Shown here in pieces: positions 13,901 through 26,545 of a DNA stretch of 64,000 nucleotides; within the stretch, counting starts at the first letter, position 1, and every line of letters starts with the position of its first letter. Location of the stretch: NCBI RefSeq assembly GCF_021028975.2, contig NC_059427.1:127782001-127846000 (forward strand), in the 5' to 3' direction. Below the pieces are notes generated by a model, which worked only from the letters and a program-made list of their open reading frames with translations, ran no database searches and was not told the DNA's origin. Source of the DNA: Sphaerodactylus townsendi (taxonomy: Eukaryota). The position numbers were made by a program, and so were the translations under genes.

Positions 13901-14810
13901 GGGCTTCAGTTAATTCGAGGAGTTACTGATTTCCTTCACCCCACTCTAAAGAGCTTCCTTCGAGTGTTTCTTGATGTGCTGGGGCCAGTTTGTTGCTGGA
14001 TAGTAGGATCAAAAATCAACAACATCCCCCATTCCTCCCACATACCTGTGTGCCTTCCTTCTTGCACACTGAGATCTTTGGAGCTTCGCCATTAATTGAA
14101 GTGGAATAACTTTGATTTCAGCATTTAAAACGGTCCTGTTGCTCATTTGCTCTTTGTGTTACAATTCAAAGGAGGGGAAATGACCTTTAATGCACAGTGG
14201 CTGCAATTAATATAATAATTTTCTAGATTGTTTAAATTATCGCCGGGCGGGGGTGGGGGGGGGGATAAACTGCTTAGAGGTTCAATTCAGAAAAGAGTTA
14301 TTCCAGTCTATTGACTTCAATGGGCATAGGTTGGAGCAACTAGCACTGTAAGCTCACTTGACTGTGGCAATTAGATATATGCAGCATTCATTCTATGTCA
14401 GACAGTTCTGTGAATGAACGAGCGCTAAACCCTAGTTGCTCTTCAGGCTCCATCATTCACTGTCTTCTTTTTTAGACAAGATACATGTGGTTTGAGTATC
14501 ATTGAGAATACATTTTACGTTTATTTTTCTGCAAATAGATTTGAAACATATTCATCAAATTGATTGTTGGCTGTTGGGACTTGAAATTTGTAGCTGCTAG
14601 ATAACAAATGTTGACAAGGTTGTTTCATAAGGATTTATACTCCTTTTTTTTACCCAGTTCCCTATGTTTCTTACTGTTCAGGAACTGAGTCCTCTGTTTA
14701 CATGTCAGTGGCTTATTCCATCTTGGGGAAAAAAGATTAAAGTCCAGTTGCACCTTAACGATCGGAAAGGTTTCCAGGGTATAAACTTTAGAGACCTTCA
14801 TCCCTTTGAT

Positions 14811-14945
14811 GTCTGACAAGGAGAGCTTTGACTCTTGAAAGCTTGTAACTGGAAATCTGGTTGGTCTTTAAAATGATACTGGATTCAAATCTTGCTCTTC
14901 TACTGCTTGGTGAACGCAGCTACCTGCCTGAAATTATCTTCATGA
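14811..14945 (+). mobile_element. Penelope-like element terminal fragment
   Basis: CTGACAAGGAGAGCTTTGACTCTTGAAAGCTT...TTGGTCTTTAA resembles reptile Penelope pLTR ends as recalled. Confidence 0.55.
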
Positions 14946-15569
14946 GAAATAGCTGGCCTAAGTTTTGTGAACAAGATTATACAAGTGTTGTTTCTAGGGA
15001 TGTAGTATTAGTATGATTCTTCTTTGCTCATTCTCTTAAGTCATCATTCTTTTCTTGTTTTAAATAGGAAAATCCAGCATTTCCACATCTTTCAAAAATG
15101 GGCAAATAGAACAAACCAGAGCCCCAATCCACAAAATTCCTGCATTAAACTGTTTACCGCTCTTCCTTTCTTCCTTTTAAGAAAGCTAATGCAAGCATTC
15201 CAGCAAATCTCTCAGGCAGATGCACAGATGTATAACCACTGATAGCTCTTTTGTTCCAGTTCAGGACATTTGCAGCCACTCTAATCTGTTGCAAAACCTC
15301 CCATTCAGGGAAAAGTGCCATAGGAAGGCAGTCTGCTAAATGTCGGTTGTTATAATTGCATATAGTATAGATCATCTACAAACAATACTTTTGTGGAATC
15401 CGTTAAACATTATGTGGATGACCTGGGATGCCTTTGCAATTTGCTTGGATTGTTTTCTTTATCTCAGGGTTTCAAATTCTTTCCTAATGTAAATGTATTT
15501 ATCATTTTGGTGGTGACCCATTTGAAACAACTTTCTAATGAAAAGTTTAAGCAGTATGGTCATTTAAAC

Positions 15570-16184
15570 CAAGGGTTGGCAACCTTTACCACCCAAAGAG
15601 CCATTTGGACCTGTTTTCCACGGCCCTGAAGATCTACTGAGCAGAAGAGGCAGCTCCACATGGAGCTGCCTTCAGTTCGGCCCCTCCACTCACCTTTCCT
15701 ACCAGCGCTGGGAGGCACCGGGCAGGGAAACTCCCTCTGCCCGATGGAGCAGGCAGCTGCTTGCTTCGTGTGGCAGAGAGTGGATGGCAACCGCTGCCTG
15801 CCCAGTGCCGCGGCCTCTCGCGCTGCAGGAGGCAATGGTGCCAGGCAGGGAAACCCCCTCTGCCTGATGCAGTAGGAAGCCGCCTGCTCTGTGGGGCAGA
15901 CAGGGGATGACGACTGCTCTGGAGGGACACGCCCACGCTACCCTCCGACCTCCAAGGGTCGGAGGGCAGCATGGGTGTGTCCCTCCAGCCCTCCAGAGCA
16001 GCGCTGGAAGGAGAGGTGAATGTGCCCTCAGGCACAGAGCTGCCTCCGGTTTGGCCCCTCCACTCACCTTTCCTTCCAGCGCTGCTCTGGAGGGCTGGAG
16101 GGACACGCCCATGCTACCCTCTGACCTCCAGGCTATGTGGAGCCGCAGTATAAGGCTGAAAGAGCTGCGAGTTGCTGACCCCTG
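15570..16184. mobile_element. hAT non-autonomous element with GC-rich internal repeats
   Basis: CAAGGGTTGGCAAC...GTTGCTGACCCCTG termini and a 7/8 TSD ATTTAAAC/GTTTAAAC. Confidence 0.8.
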
Positions 16185-18337
16185 GTTTAAACAATATATC
16201 CTGGGTTAAAAGTAGCATAATGTCAGGCCTGCGCCATTCTAGGCCTAGCAGTTTACACGTCCACACCCCAGCTGCAAATGGCCCAGTCATTATCATCATT
16301 CAAGGCTACAGAGGCCTCCCCATTCTTGCAAAGTAACTAGTTCAATAGAGCTTAACCGTTCACCCTTATCTGCCTTCCTGAAGGAGTGAACTGTCTGCCC
16401 AAACAATGCCGTTGTTCCCACTGTCCTTTCACATGCTGATATTATGGGAATGCGAGGGTGGGGGGAATCCAGGGGCTGAACTAATATGTAAGTTAGTACT
16501 GCTCCCCTCCCTTCATAGCCTAGAAAAAAATAGCCCCCAGTTTCGGCTATCTGAGCCCGGGATGACACAGTTCCAATAAAGCTCTTGAAACTTTCCTGAG
16601 TCTTGTTGATGACTGGAGTAACAGACTCTTACACAAAACACATATAATCATCCACTTTCATACCCACTTTTTGGCTTTTTAACACAGTGGGAGGGAGGGG
16701 TGTTCTTGCTTGGTTTTGTTCTTACAGAAGCAGAGAGGGTGGGTGCTAGCTCTGATATGGTTTGCTGGTTCACTGGAACTAGTTCTAGTGTGAACCACAG
16801 AGAAGAATCAGATGAAGAGGAATCTTTTTTACAGCGCCTGAAAGTAATAGAGATATTCTGGGTTTTTATAAGTCTTTGTTGTTGACAGTGGATGAGAAAT
16901 TAAGTGCTTTTTAATTAACCTAGGATTTTTTTTTACCATGCCTGATTGGAAGACTGTAGCCTCAGCAGCTGCTTCTTCTTTCACTGATACAGATGCAACT
17001 GCTTCTGCATCATTGTGAATTCACAGATTATTCATCTCCACCAACTATAAAGCACATAAGTCCCTTGACCCCCACCCCCCTTTTGAGGGCACTATGAAAA
17101 TGTCTCCTTCGAGAAGTAGGAAATAAAGAAAAAAAATCCATCTGAAAAGGCCAACGCAACCAGGTGAGGACTGCAGGAGAGATAAAGTATGCTCTCAAAC
17201 ACAACAGCTATAATCTACCTGCATGCACCCAGCAATCAGAGGCATGAAGTGCAAATGCAGGTATTATGAGAAACACTCTCTTCCTTTTATGCTGTTTATG
17301 TCTCCGAGTTCCCAAAGGCCTTGTCAGTGGCTGATTTATGCCCCCCCCCTTTTTTTTTGGTACAACTGTGATCATAATAGCCATAATCTCAATTTCATTT
17401 GGGTGTGATGCACCTCTAAAAGTGAAAGTTTTGTCGCATTAGCAGCCCAGTTATTAAATTCTCTTGCTGTCAGCCCCCCCCCCCCCCGGCCGCCTTTTTT
17501 CCTTGCTAATGGTTTTCAAGAGGCAGTAAAGGACGTTTATCTATTATAATCTTTCAGGAATTGCTGGAGTTGCTGCATTTTATTTCCTGATTTTTTAAAA
17601 AAGTAATTGCACAAAAAGCTATTTCCCCCTCATCTCAGTGCATAAAGACAATATCTAAAGACAATATCTTAGGACAATATGGGAACAGTAAGTAATATGT
17701 CTCCCCTGAACACACTTGTTTTTTTCTTTCCTCACAGATTAGAATTATAGTAGAGCACCAATGCACGCATGTTGGTTTGTTTGCAAATTTACCTGTCCCC
17801 ATTTCTGTAAGCTTTTTCAAAATGTTATCATAGACTTTGTGCTCAACAGGCATCAAGCCAAGCTCTGATATGTTGGCAGGTTGGTAATTTAATGAAATTT
17901 CCTTTCAGTCATAAAAGTTAACCTCAAGCTTTGTTTTCCCCTGTGCCAGTTCGTCTCCCGCTCGAAAAATGCCAATGCAAATCTTAACTACATTAAGGGG
18001 AGAAGGAATTGCTTGTTAATTGTGAAGACTAAGCAAAGTTGTAAAAAGACTTTTATTAGGACCGACCAAAATGATGTGAAACATTGTGATAGCTTTCAAT
18101 CTCACCAAAATTATTCATTTTGAGCCTTTTGTCAGCTGGCATCAGATAGAATCCTTTGTGGTAAGTGTGTCCCTAAGTAGTCTAATATTACCAGTAGTGT
18201 TCAAGAATGATGATCGTTCTATTGTACTCCTGTGGACTGTGAGGTTGTTCACATTTGTGAAAATTCATTTTATTACCAATGCTAAAGAGAGGTTGGCATT
18301 TGCTCCCTCTCAGTTTTTCAATTTTTTTGTTTCCTAG

Positions 18338-18441
18338 GCAACCATTAATGCCCGCCCCCAGCGCATCCTTGACTCATCGTCTCTCACACAATCTGCGCCA
18401 GCCAGCCCTACCAACAAGGGTATGCACATACACCAAGTGGG
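18338..18441 (+). CDS. RPTOR: Raptor coding exon: ATINARPQRILDSSSLTQSAPASPTNKGMHIHQV(G); includes S855/S859/S863-equivalent phosphosites
   Basis: ttcctAG acceptor and GG|GTAAGC donor. 104 nt, phase 0->2, in frame with both neighbours. Contains the TQSAPASP motif. Confidence 0.97.
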
Positions 18442-18567
18442 GTAAGCTACTTATAACTTAAATTCCTTGTCATCCACAACTGTTTGTACTAAGGGCTGGT
18501 GTGTGTGTATGTGCATGTATGTTTGCATAAATATTATTCTCATTTAGGCTTGGCTTTTATACTGTTA

Positions 18568-18854
18568 GGAGCCCCGTAGTGCACAGTGGTAAGTTGCAGT
18601 ACTGCTCACAACCTGAGTTTGATCCTGACCGAAGTCAGGTTCAAGTAACTGGTTCATGGTTGGTTGACTCAGCCTTCCATCCTTCCAAGGTTAGCAAAAT
18701 GAGTACCCATCTTGCTGGGGGTAAAGTGTAGATGATGTGGAAAGCAATGGCAAACCACTTCATAAACAGTCTGCCAAGTAAAGGTCATGATGTGATGTCA
18801 CACCATGGGTCAGTAATGACCTGTTGCTTGCACAGGGGTCTGCCTTTACCTTTT
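18568..18854 (+). mobile_element. Sauria-type SINE
   Basis: tRNA-like head, TTGACTCAGCCTTCCATCCTTCC..GAGTACC body and (CCTTTA)n tail. Confidence 0.75.
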
Positions 18855-19521
18855 ATATTCCTGTTTTGCTCGTGGAAGAATGGGAAGATGATTTTTTTCA
18901 GTTCTCCTCTTCCACTGCAGCCTGCACACCACTTCAGTGCCCATGGTATTCCTGGGATCTGGGGGCACAATTTGGAAGAGAAGTTTGGAGGATGATAGAA
19001 GGGGAATGATGGGATGAGAAAGCTGCCTTTTGACTAACATAGCTCTATCAAGCCATGGTTAGTTACACCTCTCTGGAGCTGTGAACTATGAGATGTTTCA
19101 TAGCAGAGCAGTTTCCACCAAAACTCTCTCTTTATATAATGATCTCGTACAATCTCTGCAAAAAATACTGCACTTCCTCAAAATGGCTACTTTTTATTCT
19201 GCAAGGAGGGGATTCTCTCATATATATATATAAATAATGTCCTCTAATATATGGAAGGTGTCACAATCATCTTGTCATGCCTTATTCTTTTGTACTGGAA
19301 CCTATCAGCTTCCTACTCCACGTACCCAAGTATAAAAAGGACCATTAAGCAGCCTTTCAGTCATTGTGGAATTCAGACTTTTCCTAGCACATAGAATAAT
19401 CTGTGCATTGGGAAAAATGGCTGGTCAAGTGATTCTTGTGGTTTTGCTATGAAGGAAGAACATCTCTGCACAGACTTCATTTTCATTGAATAGTTGCCTT
19501 TCACTTAAGGATAACCCAACA

Positions 19522-19837
19522 CAGTGTTTACCAACCTTTTTGATGTCACGGTACCCGTGACCTCACTTTTCATATCTCATGGTACCCCTGCCATCCCCCC
19601 ACCTTCCCCTCCCAGTGCCCCTGCTTGCACCACCCAGGGTGAAGGGAAGAACTGGGGGGGGGGGGCAGGAAGTGGCTGCTGACCTTGTGGCAGGCCCTGC
19701 CCTGAGCCAGCTCCATGTCCTTGCTGGCGCCGGCAGGAGACACCACAAAAGTGAGGAGGGGTTAGCATTGCCACGGTACCCCTGGGACATGCTCATGGTA
19801 CCCCAGAGTACCACAGAACCCTGGTTGAAAATCACTG
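19522..19837. mobile_element. hAT non-autonomous element
   Basis: CAGTGTTTACCAACC...GGTTGAAAATCACTG termini and a 7/8 TSD ACCCAACA/ACCTAACA. Confidence 0.8.
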
Positions 19838-20134
19838 ACCTAACATTTTGATCGCAGATAGGGAGAGGTGAGACAAGCAAATTGTGGTACCCACACGTAC
19901 ACTTGGTTGTAAAATGAGACAATTCCTAGATTTTAGGTAAAATTTCACATTGACGTCCTCAGGCAAGGGCCAGATGCTGCCGCTTTGAGGAACAATATCC
20001 TCAGACACAATTGGAGTATTCACAAGAGTAGACAAGATGGCAAAGGCAACAGGGAGACTCAAGACTATTGTCAGTAAAGGTAACTTGAACATTCCCAGTG
20101 CTGTGTTCCCTCATATTTCTTTCCCCTTTACTAG

Positions 20135-20309
20135 AGGATCACCACCAACCACGAGCACCAGTAGTTCCAGTCTGACAAATGACGTAACAAAGCAACCTGT
20201 CAATCGGGACATTTCATCTGTAAGACCGGCAAATGTGGGGGTTCAATACACTCCCCACTCCCACCAGTTTCCCAGGACAAGGAAAATGTTTGACAAGGGC
20301 CCAGATCAG
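20135..20309 (+). CDS. RPTOR: Raptor coding exon: GSPPTTSTSSSSLTNDVTKQPVNRDISSVRPANVGVQYTPHSHQFPRTRKMFDKGPDQ (S877 equivalent and claw segment)
   Basis: tttactAG acceptor and CAG|GTAAGG donor. 175 nt, phase 2->0. Confidence 0.97.
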
Positions 20310-20689
20310 GTAAGGAGATGGTCTTCCTACTAGTTCTTCTAACCTCAGTCTTAAGGCTCCTAGATGCGTGTAATTCATAACAGCTTTCCATTCTTCAGTC
20401 TGTGGAAAGAATCTGATTGCATTTAATAGCACATAACAATATACAGAATTTCTGAACAGGATGAGAGGCAATTGTTAGTGTATGATATAGAAAGCACAAT
20501 CATGGTCAGTGCAGCCCCAGTGGAGTTGTGGGTGGTCCAGACACATCAAGATTTTTACTAGACACATCCAATTCTGTACATTATGATATACAAAAGCAGA
20601 ATATGGCCATTATGGTTCTAGCTACCTTTGGCCTCTCAATAAACCCAGGTCAAGTCCTAGTCATCATCACAACCTTTAATGGCATAGTA

Positions 20690-20821
20690 CAGGGGTGGCC
20701 AACCTATGGCACTCCAGATGTTCATGGACTACAATTCCCATCAGCCCCTGCCAGCATGCCAATTGGCTCATGGGAATTGCAGTCCATGAACATCTGGAGC
20801 GCCATAGGTTGACCACCCCTG
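20690..20821. mobile_element. hAT-type palindromic MITE
   Basis: CAGGGGTGG...CCACCCCTG termini, near-palindromic body and a perfect 8-bp TSD GCATAGTA. Confidence 0.9.
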
Positions 20822-20829
20822 GCATAGTA

Positions 20830-21175
20830 AAACCAGAATAAATTAACAATTGAAGATAATATAACTCATTAAAGATAAAGGATAATAAAATATTCCTTAT
20901 AGGTAAAAGACGTAATAAAAGTAGTAGTTACAAATTTTTAGAACGCATTATAATAACATGACAAAGAAACTTGGCCATCATCTCTAAAATATGCATATCT
21001 TCATTGTTCAGTAGAAATACTGTCTTTTGCAAGTCAGATGAACAGTCAGTGGCCGCAAATAAGGGAAGTAATAGCTTGGCCCTAGCTGTGGTATATACTG
21101 GACAATGATGCAATATATGCACTACAGACTCTTCGCAATTCATAGCGCAAATGCAAACTCTTCAATGGTGTGGAA
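20830..21175 (-). mobile_element. Non-LTR retrotransposon 3' fragment with C-terminal CCHC zinc knuckle
   Basis: The minus strand reads RVCICAMNCEESVVHILHHCPVYTTAR (C-x-C...H...C pattern). Clade not determined. Confidence 0.65.
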
Positions 21176-21507
21176 GTTTTAAGAAAAAATGACTGGGTCA
21201 TATACTTCCAAGTTCTCACTTTGGGAACCCTTCATGCACTATTGTTCCAACCATCGTAGCTCATCAAGATATATTGGAACAGGAAATGTTTCCCGAACTT
21301 AGGGAAGCTATACAGGATCAGGAATTGTTTTACAAGTCCTAGTCTATGCTGTTTCTGCTTTGGCACCTTTGTGTTGCAATAACTGGTTCTTGGTTGATTA
21401 TGTCATCACGTCTTAGTCTATCTGATGCCAGTGTCCAGAGGAAAGGGGCATGCAAGTCTCTAGCTGAAGTGTTTGTACTTTCATCTCATCTTTCTTTTCC
21501 TGAACAG

Positions 21508-21618
21508 ACAGCAGATGATGCCGACGATGCTGTGGGACACAAGAACTTCATGTCAACCACAATGCAGACAGGGTTTTGTGACTGGAGTGCCAAGTATTTT
21601 GCCCAGCCAGTGATGAAG
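21508..21618 (+). CDS. RPTOR: Raptor coding exon: TADDADDAVGHKNFMSTTMQTGFCDWSAKYFAQPVMK
   Basis: Pyrimidine tract + aacAG acceptor and AAG|GTACAG donor. 111 nt, phase 0->0. Confidence 0.97.
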
Positions 21619-23390
21619 GTACAGTCTGTCTATTTTCCATAAACCTTTTCTGAATCATAGAACTGGGGAAGTATGCTACCCCTAAAAAGTGAATCATTTC
21701 CATATATCTTTAGCCAAAGTGTCTTCCCAGTGCTCATTCCCCATTCATGGTCCTGTGTTTCTCAATTATTCATTTTACTTCCTGACTAATGATTTGAACT
21801 CTATGAAACCATGAAAAGGTCTCTGGATTAACTAAAGAAACAAATAATGCTTCCGTTATTAACGTGGCGAGTTGTCAAATGGAAACTCTCTGTGGTATGT
21901 TTATGTGAATGCCTGTGTTTTAAATCACCTGTGAATGCTCCCTGATCATATATTATACTAGTAATATACTATACCACTGTCCACTGATTGCAGAAGGAGC
22001 AGAAATCTTTCTGTGTGAACACTGCAACAGGTGTCTCGCATGCGGGCCAATGTAAAGTGGTTTAAAAAATCTTGCAATGAATTTGGGATAAAATTGGCTG
22101 TAAAAAGAAAACCAACCAGATGGCATAAGTGGGCATACATTCAAAGTTTGAGTCATGGCAATGTGCTGTATCTTGTAAAATAACAAAAGCCCGTTGCCAG
22201 TGCTATTGTATTTAACTACTCCGTTATCTCATACTTATTCACATAATGGTCAGACCCTTTCATCAACATGGAAGCTTGTGGTAACAAAAACAGTCATGTG
22301 AGAAGAGTACCTCACATGGCCTCTTCCCTTGCCAGGACCGACCCTGCTCTGAGGTGGAGGAAGCTTTTAGGAGTAGCAGTCCTGGTTCTGGAAATAGTTA
22401 TGGTGCTGGTCCTCTTGCTTAATATCAGAAATCTGATGCTGCAAAGCCTTGTGGGTAGGAGACATTCCTCTGCACAGTTTTCACCACATTGTGGTTTGGA
22501 AGTTTTCACCTAAGATGATTGAATGGTACAACTAATAATATAATGCACGAATGTGGTGAACAGGTATTTTCCTGGGAACCAGAAACTGGCTGATGACAAA
22601 CCTGCAATGTAATTTGTGAAACTGCTCTTAGCAGATGCCCATGCCAAACAGACTACCCTGCCCATTTTTACATTGTCCCTCCTGATGGCCGCACCAGAGA
22701 AGTGCAGCCTCAGTGCCACTTTACATTGCAATTCATAACAGTTTGTAAATGCGGTAACAAAAATGTTCACAGCATCCTGCTTCACCCGAGCACCTCTCTG
22801 AAAAGTGAACAGCATTGTGCATACACAAAACCTGGTTCTAAAGATCCTCTGGATATTTCTGCCAGTAGTGTCTCATGTACACAGCATTACTTTGTAACAT
22901 GTGCTTGTAAAAAGCGTACTTTTGTGTCAGTCTTGCTCCTTGAGCCTCTCAAAGCAAAAGACAATGGTGGATTTCTGAAGAACATGGCAATTCAACTGGT
23001 TTGAACTTGCAGAAGTTTCCTGCTGCATTTTACTGAAAGGGATGCTTACCAGCATCCAAGTAGATTGGGTCTGATGCTAGTCTCTCCAGAAATTCTGGAG
23101 ATCTTCAATTCAATAGGTGAATTAGCTAGGACTTACCTTAGACTTGCTATTTCTGAAAACATCTAGGTTCAGTAAATTTGAGCTGCCTTCAGCTTTAGAT
23201 TCTGCCTCTCCATTTTTCTCCCTAATCCCCCCCCACCCCTGTTTCACTTTTAAATATTTTTTCTTTTTTATACTTATTACCTTTTTCCCTGTATCCTTGT
23301 TGTTGTTTTGTTGTTATTATGTTTTGTGAAAAATTAATAAATGTTATTTTTTTTAAAGCAAAGGACCAAAGTTTACTTTATGATTGCTAA

Positions 23391-23750
23391 CAGAGGCATA
23401 GCTGAGCCAGACTGCGCCCAGTGCACACTCTGTGTTGTCCACCCGCCTGCCCGCCCTCCGTGGCGCCCCCCCCCCCCCACTTACCTTTGTGAAACAGTGC
23501 AGGCTGGAAAAGTGGCCTGTTCCCTTCAGGCTGAAAATGGCCTGGTGGGAACTACACTTCCCATGGGATCCTGGGGCTTTCAAAGTCTCCTGAGAAGTGT
23601 AGGACCCGCCAGGCCGTTTTCAGCCTGAAGGAAACAGGCCGCTTCTCCAGCCTGCACTGTTTCACGAGGGGGGGGCAATTTTCCGCCTGCCCTCCAGGCG
23701 CATGCCCAGTGCAACGCACACACCCCGGGCCCGTGGTAACTCCACCTCTG
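23391..23750. mobile_element. GC-rich MITE related to 9924-10317, ends in opposite orientation
   Basis: CAGAGGCATAGC...CCACCTCTG termini and a shared GCAGGCTGGA..GAACTACA core. Confidence 0.6.
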
Positions 23751-24624
23751 ATTACTGATAATAATAGTAATGCTGTTGCCAAGTGAATCAAGCAGATATT
23801 GTTGGTGTCACTGATCTTGGTTTTCTTGGTGTCACTGAAATCTTGGTTTTCTGGACCAGTTAAGTTACTGAACATCCATTATTGTTGTTCCATAGAACAA
23901 TTGTTTTTACTTAACACAAAGATTAAGAGAAAACCATGTACTAACTAATTATGTGTAATAAGTGTTTTATACTAGCACAGATATTGCAAACAAGTTTGCA
24001 ACATATGAAGCTTAAAAAAAACCTTGAATCATAAGGGAATTCCCTGAGCAACAAAACAGTTGGTACTTCATCCACCACAGCACAAATGTAATTAATTTTC
24101 TCTTGATACCCATAGCTATACAGCCAGTGAAACATTTGGAAATATTACTGATTTGATAGGCATCTTATTATGTTCAAGCTGTTGGCCTCACTACAAATGT
24201 TTGCTTTGGCCCAGCTCAGCTTTATGTGCTTGTCTGAAAGTCTAGAAAACAGTAGGTAAAATTAAAACAAGGAATTAAGATAATGGTGTCTTATTTTACC
24301 ATTTAGAGTGGGTAATTTATTAATTCCCAAAGATTATTAAAAACATTTGTCTACTTTCTGAGAATAGCTGTTTACCACAGTGGTGCCTTATTAATCTAAT
24401 AAATCACTCTAGACAACCAATCAGAATGCATCTTTTTGTGCACATATGGTTGGTGGAATATATAGATATATATATTCAGGCCTTTAAAAACTTTCAGATT
24501 ATTTGCATCATTACTGTTAATCACTTGTTATTGGACAGAGATTACAAGAGAGTAATTTAGAGATTTGTCCAGTGTGTGAGTCTGATAGGGCCTTAAAATG
24601 ATTAGTGTGATGCCCCTTTGCCTT

Positions 24625-24769
24625 GTGGTCTGCAACCTGTGGCTCTCCAGATGTTCATGGACTACAATTCCCATCAGCCCCTGCCAGCACGGCCAATTGG
24701 CCATGCTGGCATGGGCTGATGGGAATTGTAGTCCATGAACATCTGGAGAGCCACAGGTTGCAGACCCCT
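24625..24769. mobile_element. hAT-type palindromic MITE (same family as 20690)
   Basis: Same core sequence and hairpin. TSD not evident. Confidence 0.8.
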
Positions 24770-25303
24770 TAGGAATATCAACTATGATCTGCCAGATATT
24801 CTCCTTCACAATTTGCACTAGAAACTATGAATTTCCTTTTTTTTTTCTTTGGATACTTACAAGGGAAAAAAATCCTAGTGGATTGTGGCAGTGGTCTACG
24901 ATAAGCTTCATACAGTGAAATTATTTTCTTCCCAGTTCTTAGTGCCATTTTTAAAAATTGCTATCATCAGAACGTCCATGGTCAGGGCTGGTCAGGGAAA
25001 TAAAGCAGAAGTCCAGTTGCACCTTGAAGACCAGCAGCATTTATTTCAGCTGTCACAACAGAAATCTCTTCAAATATTATGGAGAGGAAATCAGTTACTT
25101 CATTTTTAGGGCAGAGAGATGCTGTGTGTGACTTGCCCAATAAATCTTTCAGGTGTGATTCTCTGTGTTAGAGGCTGAAACGGATTAGGTTGCTCACATA
25201 ATGGGTGGTCAGAACAGAGTTCCAGCCACTCTCTCATGGGGTTCAGATAAACAAGAGTGTAATGATATATGATAATCAGCAATCTGTAGAGGATCTATAA
25301 AGG

Positions 25304-25580
25304 TAAAGTTTCCCCTTCAGTTGTGTCCGACCCTGGGGTACCACTGCGAGCAGTGATTTCATAGGCAAGCCTCTTTTGTGGGGTAGTTTGCCATTGCTTT
25401 CCCTGGCTATTCTTTACCCCCTAGCTATGAGCTAGGTACTCATTTACCGACCAAGAAATGGATGGATGGCTGAGTTGACCATGAACCAGCTGCTAGGATA
25501 TCTGACCCACAGGGGGCTTGAGCTCCTGACCGTGTGAGTGGCAGTGCAAGCACTTAACCACTACACCACGCGGCTCCTCC
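25304..25580 (-). mobile_element. Sauria-type SINE with 16-bp TSD
   Basis: AGAGGATCTATAAAGG occurs at both 25288 and 25581. The tRNA-like head is on the minus strand. Confidence 0.8.
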
Positions 25581-26249
25581 AGAGGATCTATAAAGGGTGG
25601 TAATATGATAGAAAATGTTGTGACCAGCCACTTAAAATTTCTAAAAGTGTATTCTGATGAGCTACTATAGAGAAATTCAGGTGTCTGTTTTAGTCAAAAT
25701 GACAGAAGGTGGGTTTGTTTTTCAGTTTCTTTTTTGGGGGGGGGAGGGGGTTGTTAGGTAAAACAGTGACTTTCAAATCTGCAACAGTATAACCAGGAAG
25801 AATATTCTTCCACAGGTTTCTGCTTGCTAATGTAATGTCAGATTTGTGTTTATTGATTCTCTCATGTAAGGACTGACATGTCTATCCAATATTCTGGTTT
25901 GTAATTTAATGGCAATTCTAATTCTTGTGCTTCTGGATGCTCAGGTGGCAGCTATGCCCCAGAGTGCCTTTTATTGAGTTTCAGCTGATACTTCAGTCAA
26001 ATCCATTACCAGAAGATAAAGAGCTGGCTACCATTATAAATGTTTTGGTGACTTGCAGATTAGTTTACTTCTGCATTCCTTCTGTGGGGCTATCCTTGAA
26101 GATGGTCAGATACTTCATGAAGTACAAAGTGCTGTTGCCAAATTTAAAACACCTTCATTGGAAAGTTTTGCGTTTAACCTGTATAATCATAAACAGTCTA
26201 GCTCTTAGCCAAGTACCACTTTTCAAATGACTTGCCCAATGGTTTAGCA

Positions 26250-26545
26250 CAGTAATGGCGAACCTTTTCGAGACCGAGTGCCCAAACTGCAACTCAAAAC
26301 CCACTTATTTATCGCAAAGTGCCAATGCGGCAATTTAACCTGAATATTGAGGTTTTACAGGTTCCAGTGGGTTTTCCGGGTTGTGTGGCCGTGGTCCGGT
26401 GGATCTTACTCCTAACATTTCACCTGCATCTGTGACTGGCATCTTCAGAGGTGTATCGCAGAGGGAAGTCTGTTACACACTGTGATACACTCTGTGACTT
26501 CCCTGTGTGATACACCTCTGAAGATGCCAGACACAGATGCAGGCC
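26250..26545. mobile_element. hAT left end followed by an inverted pair of Penelope-like terminal fragments
   Basis: CAGTAATGGCGAACC terminus. 26423-26543 forms a hairpin with CTGAAGATGCCAG.CACAGATGCAGG on both strands. Confidence 0.6.

Noticed and set aside
15560-16209. Cluster of overlapping ORFs on both strands
   Set aside because: GC-rich interior of a hAT element with TSD. Low stop density explains the ORFs.
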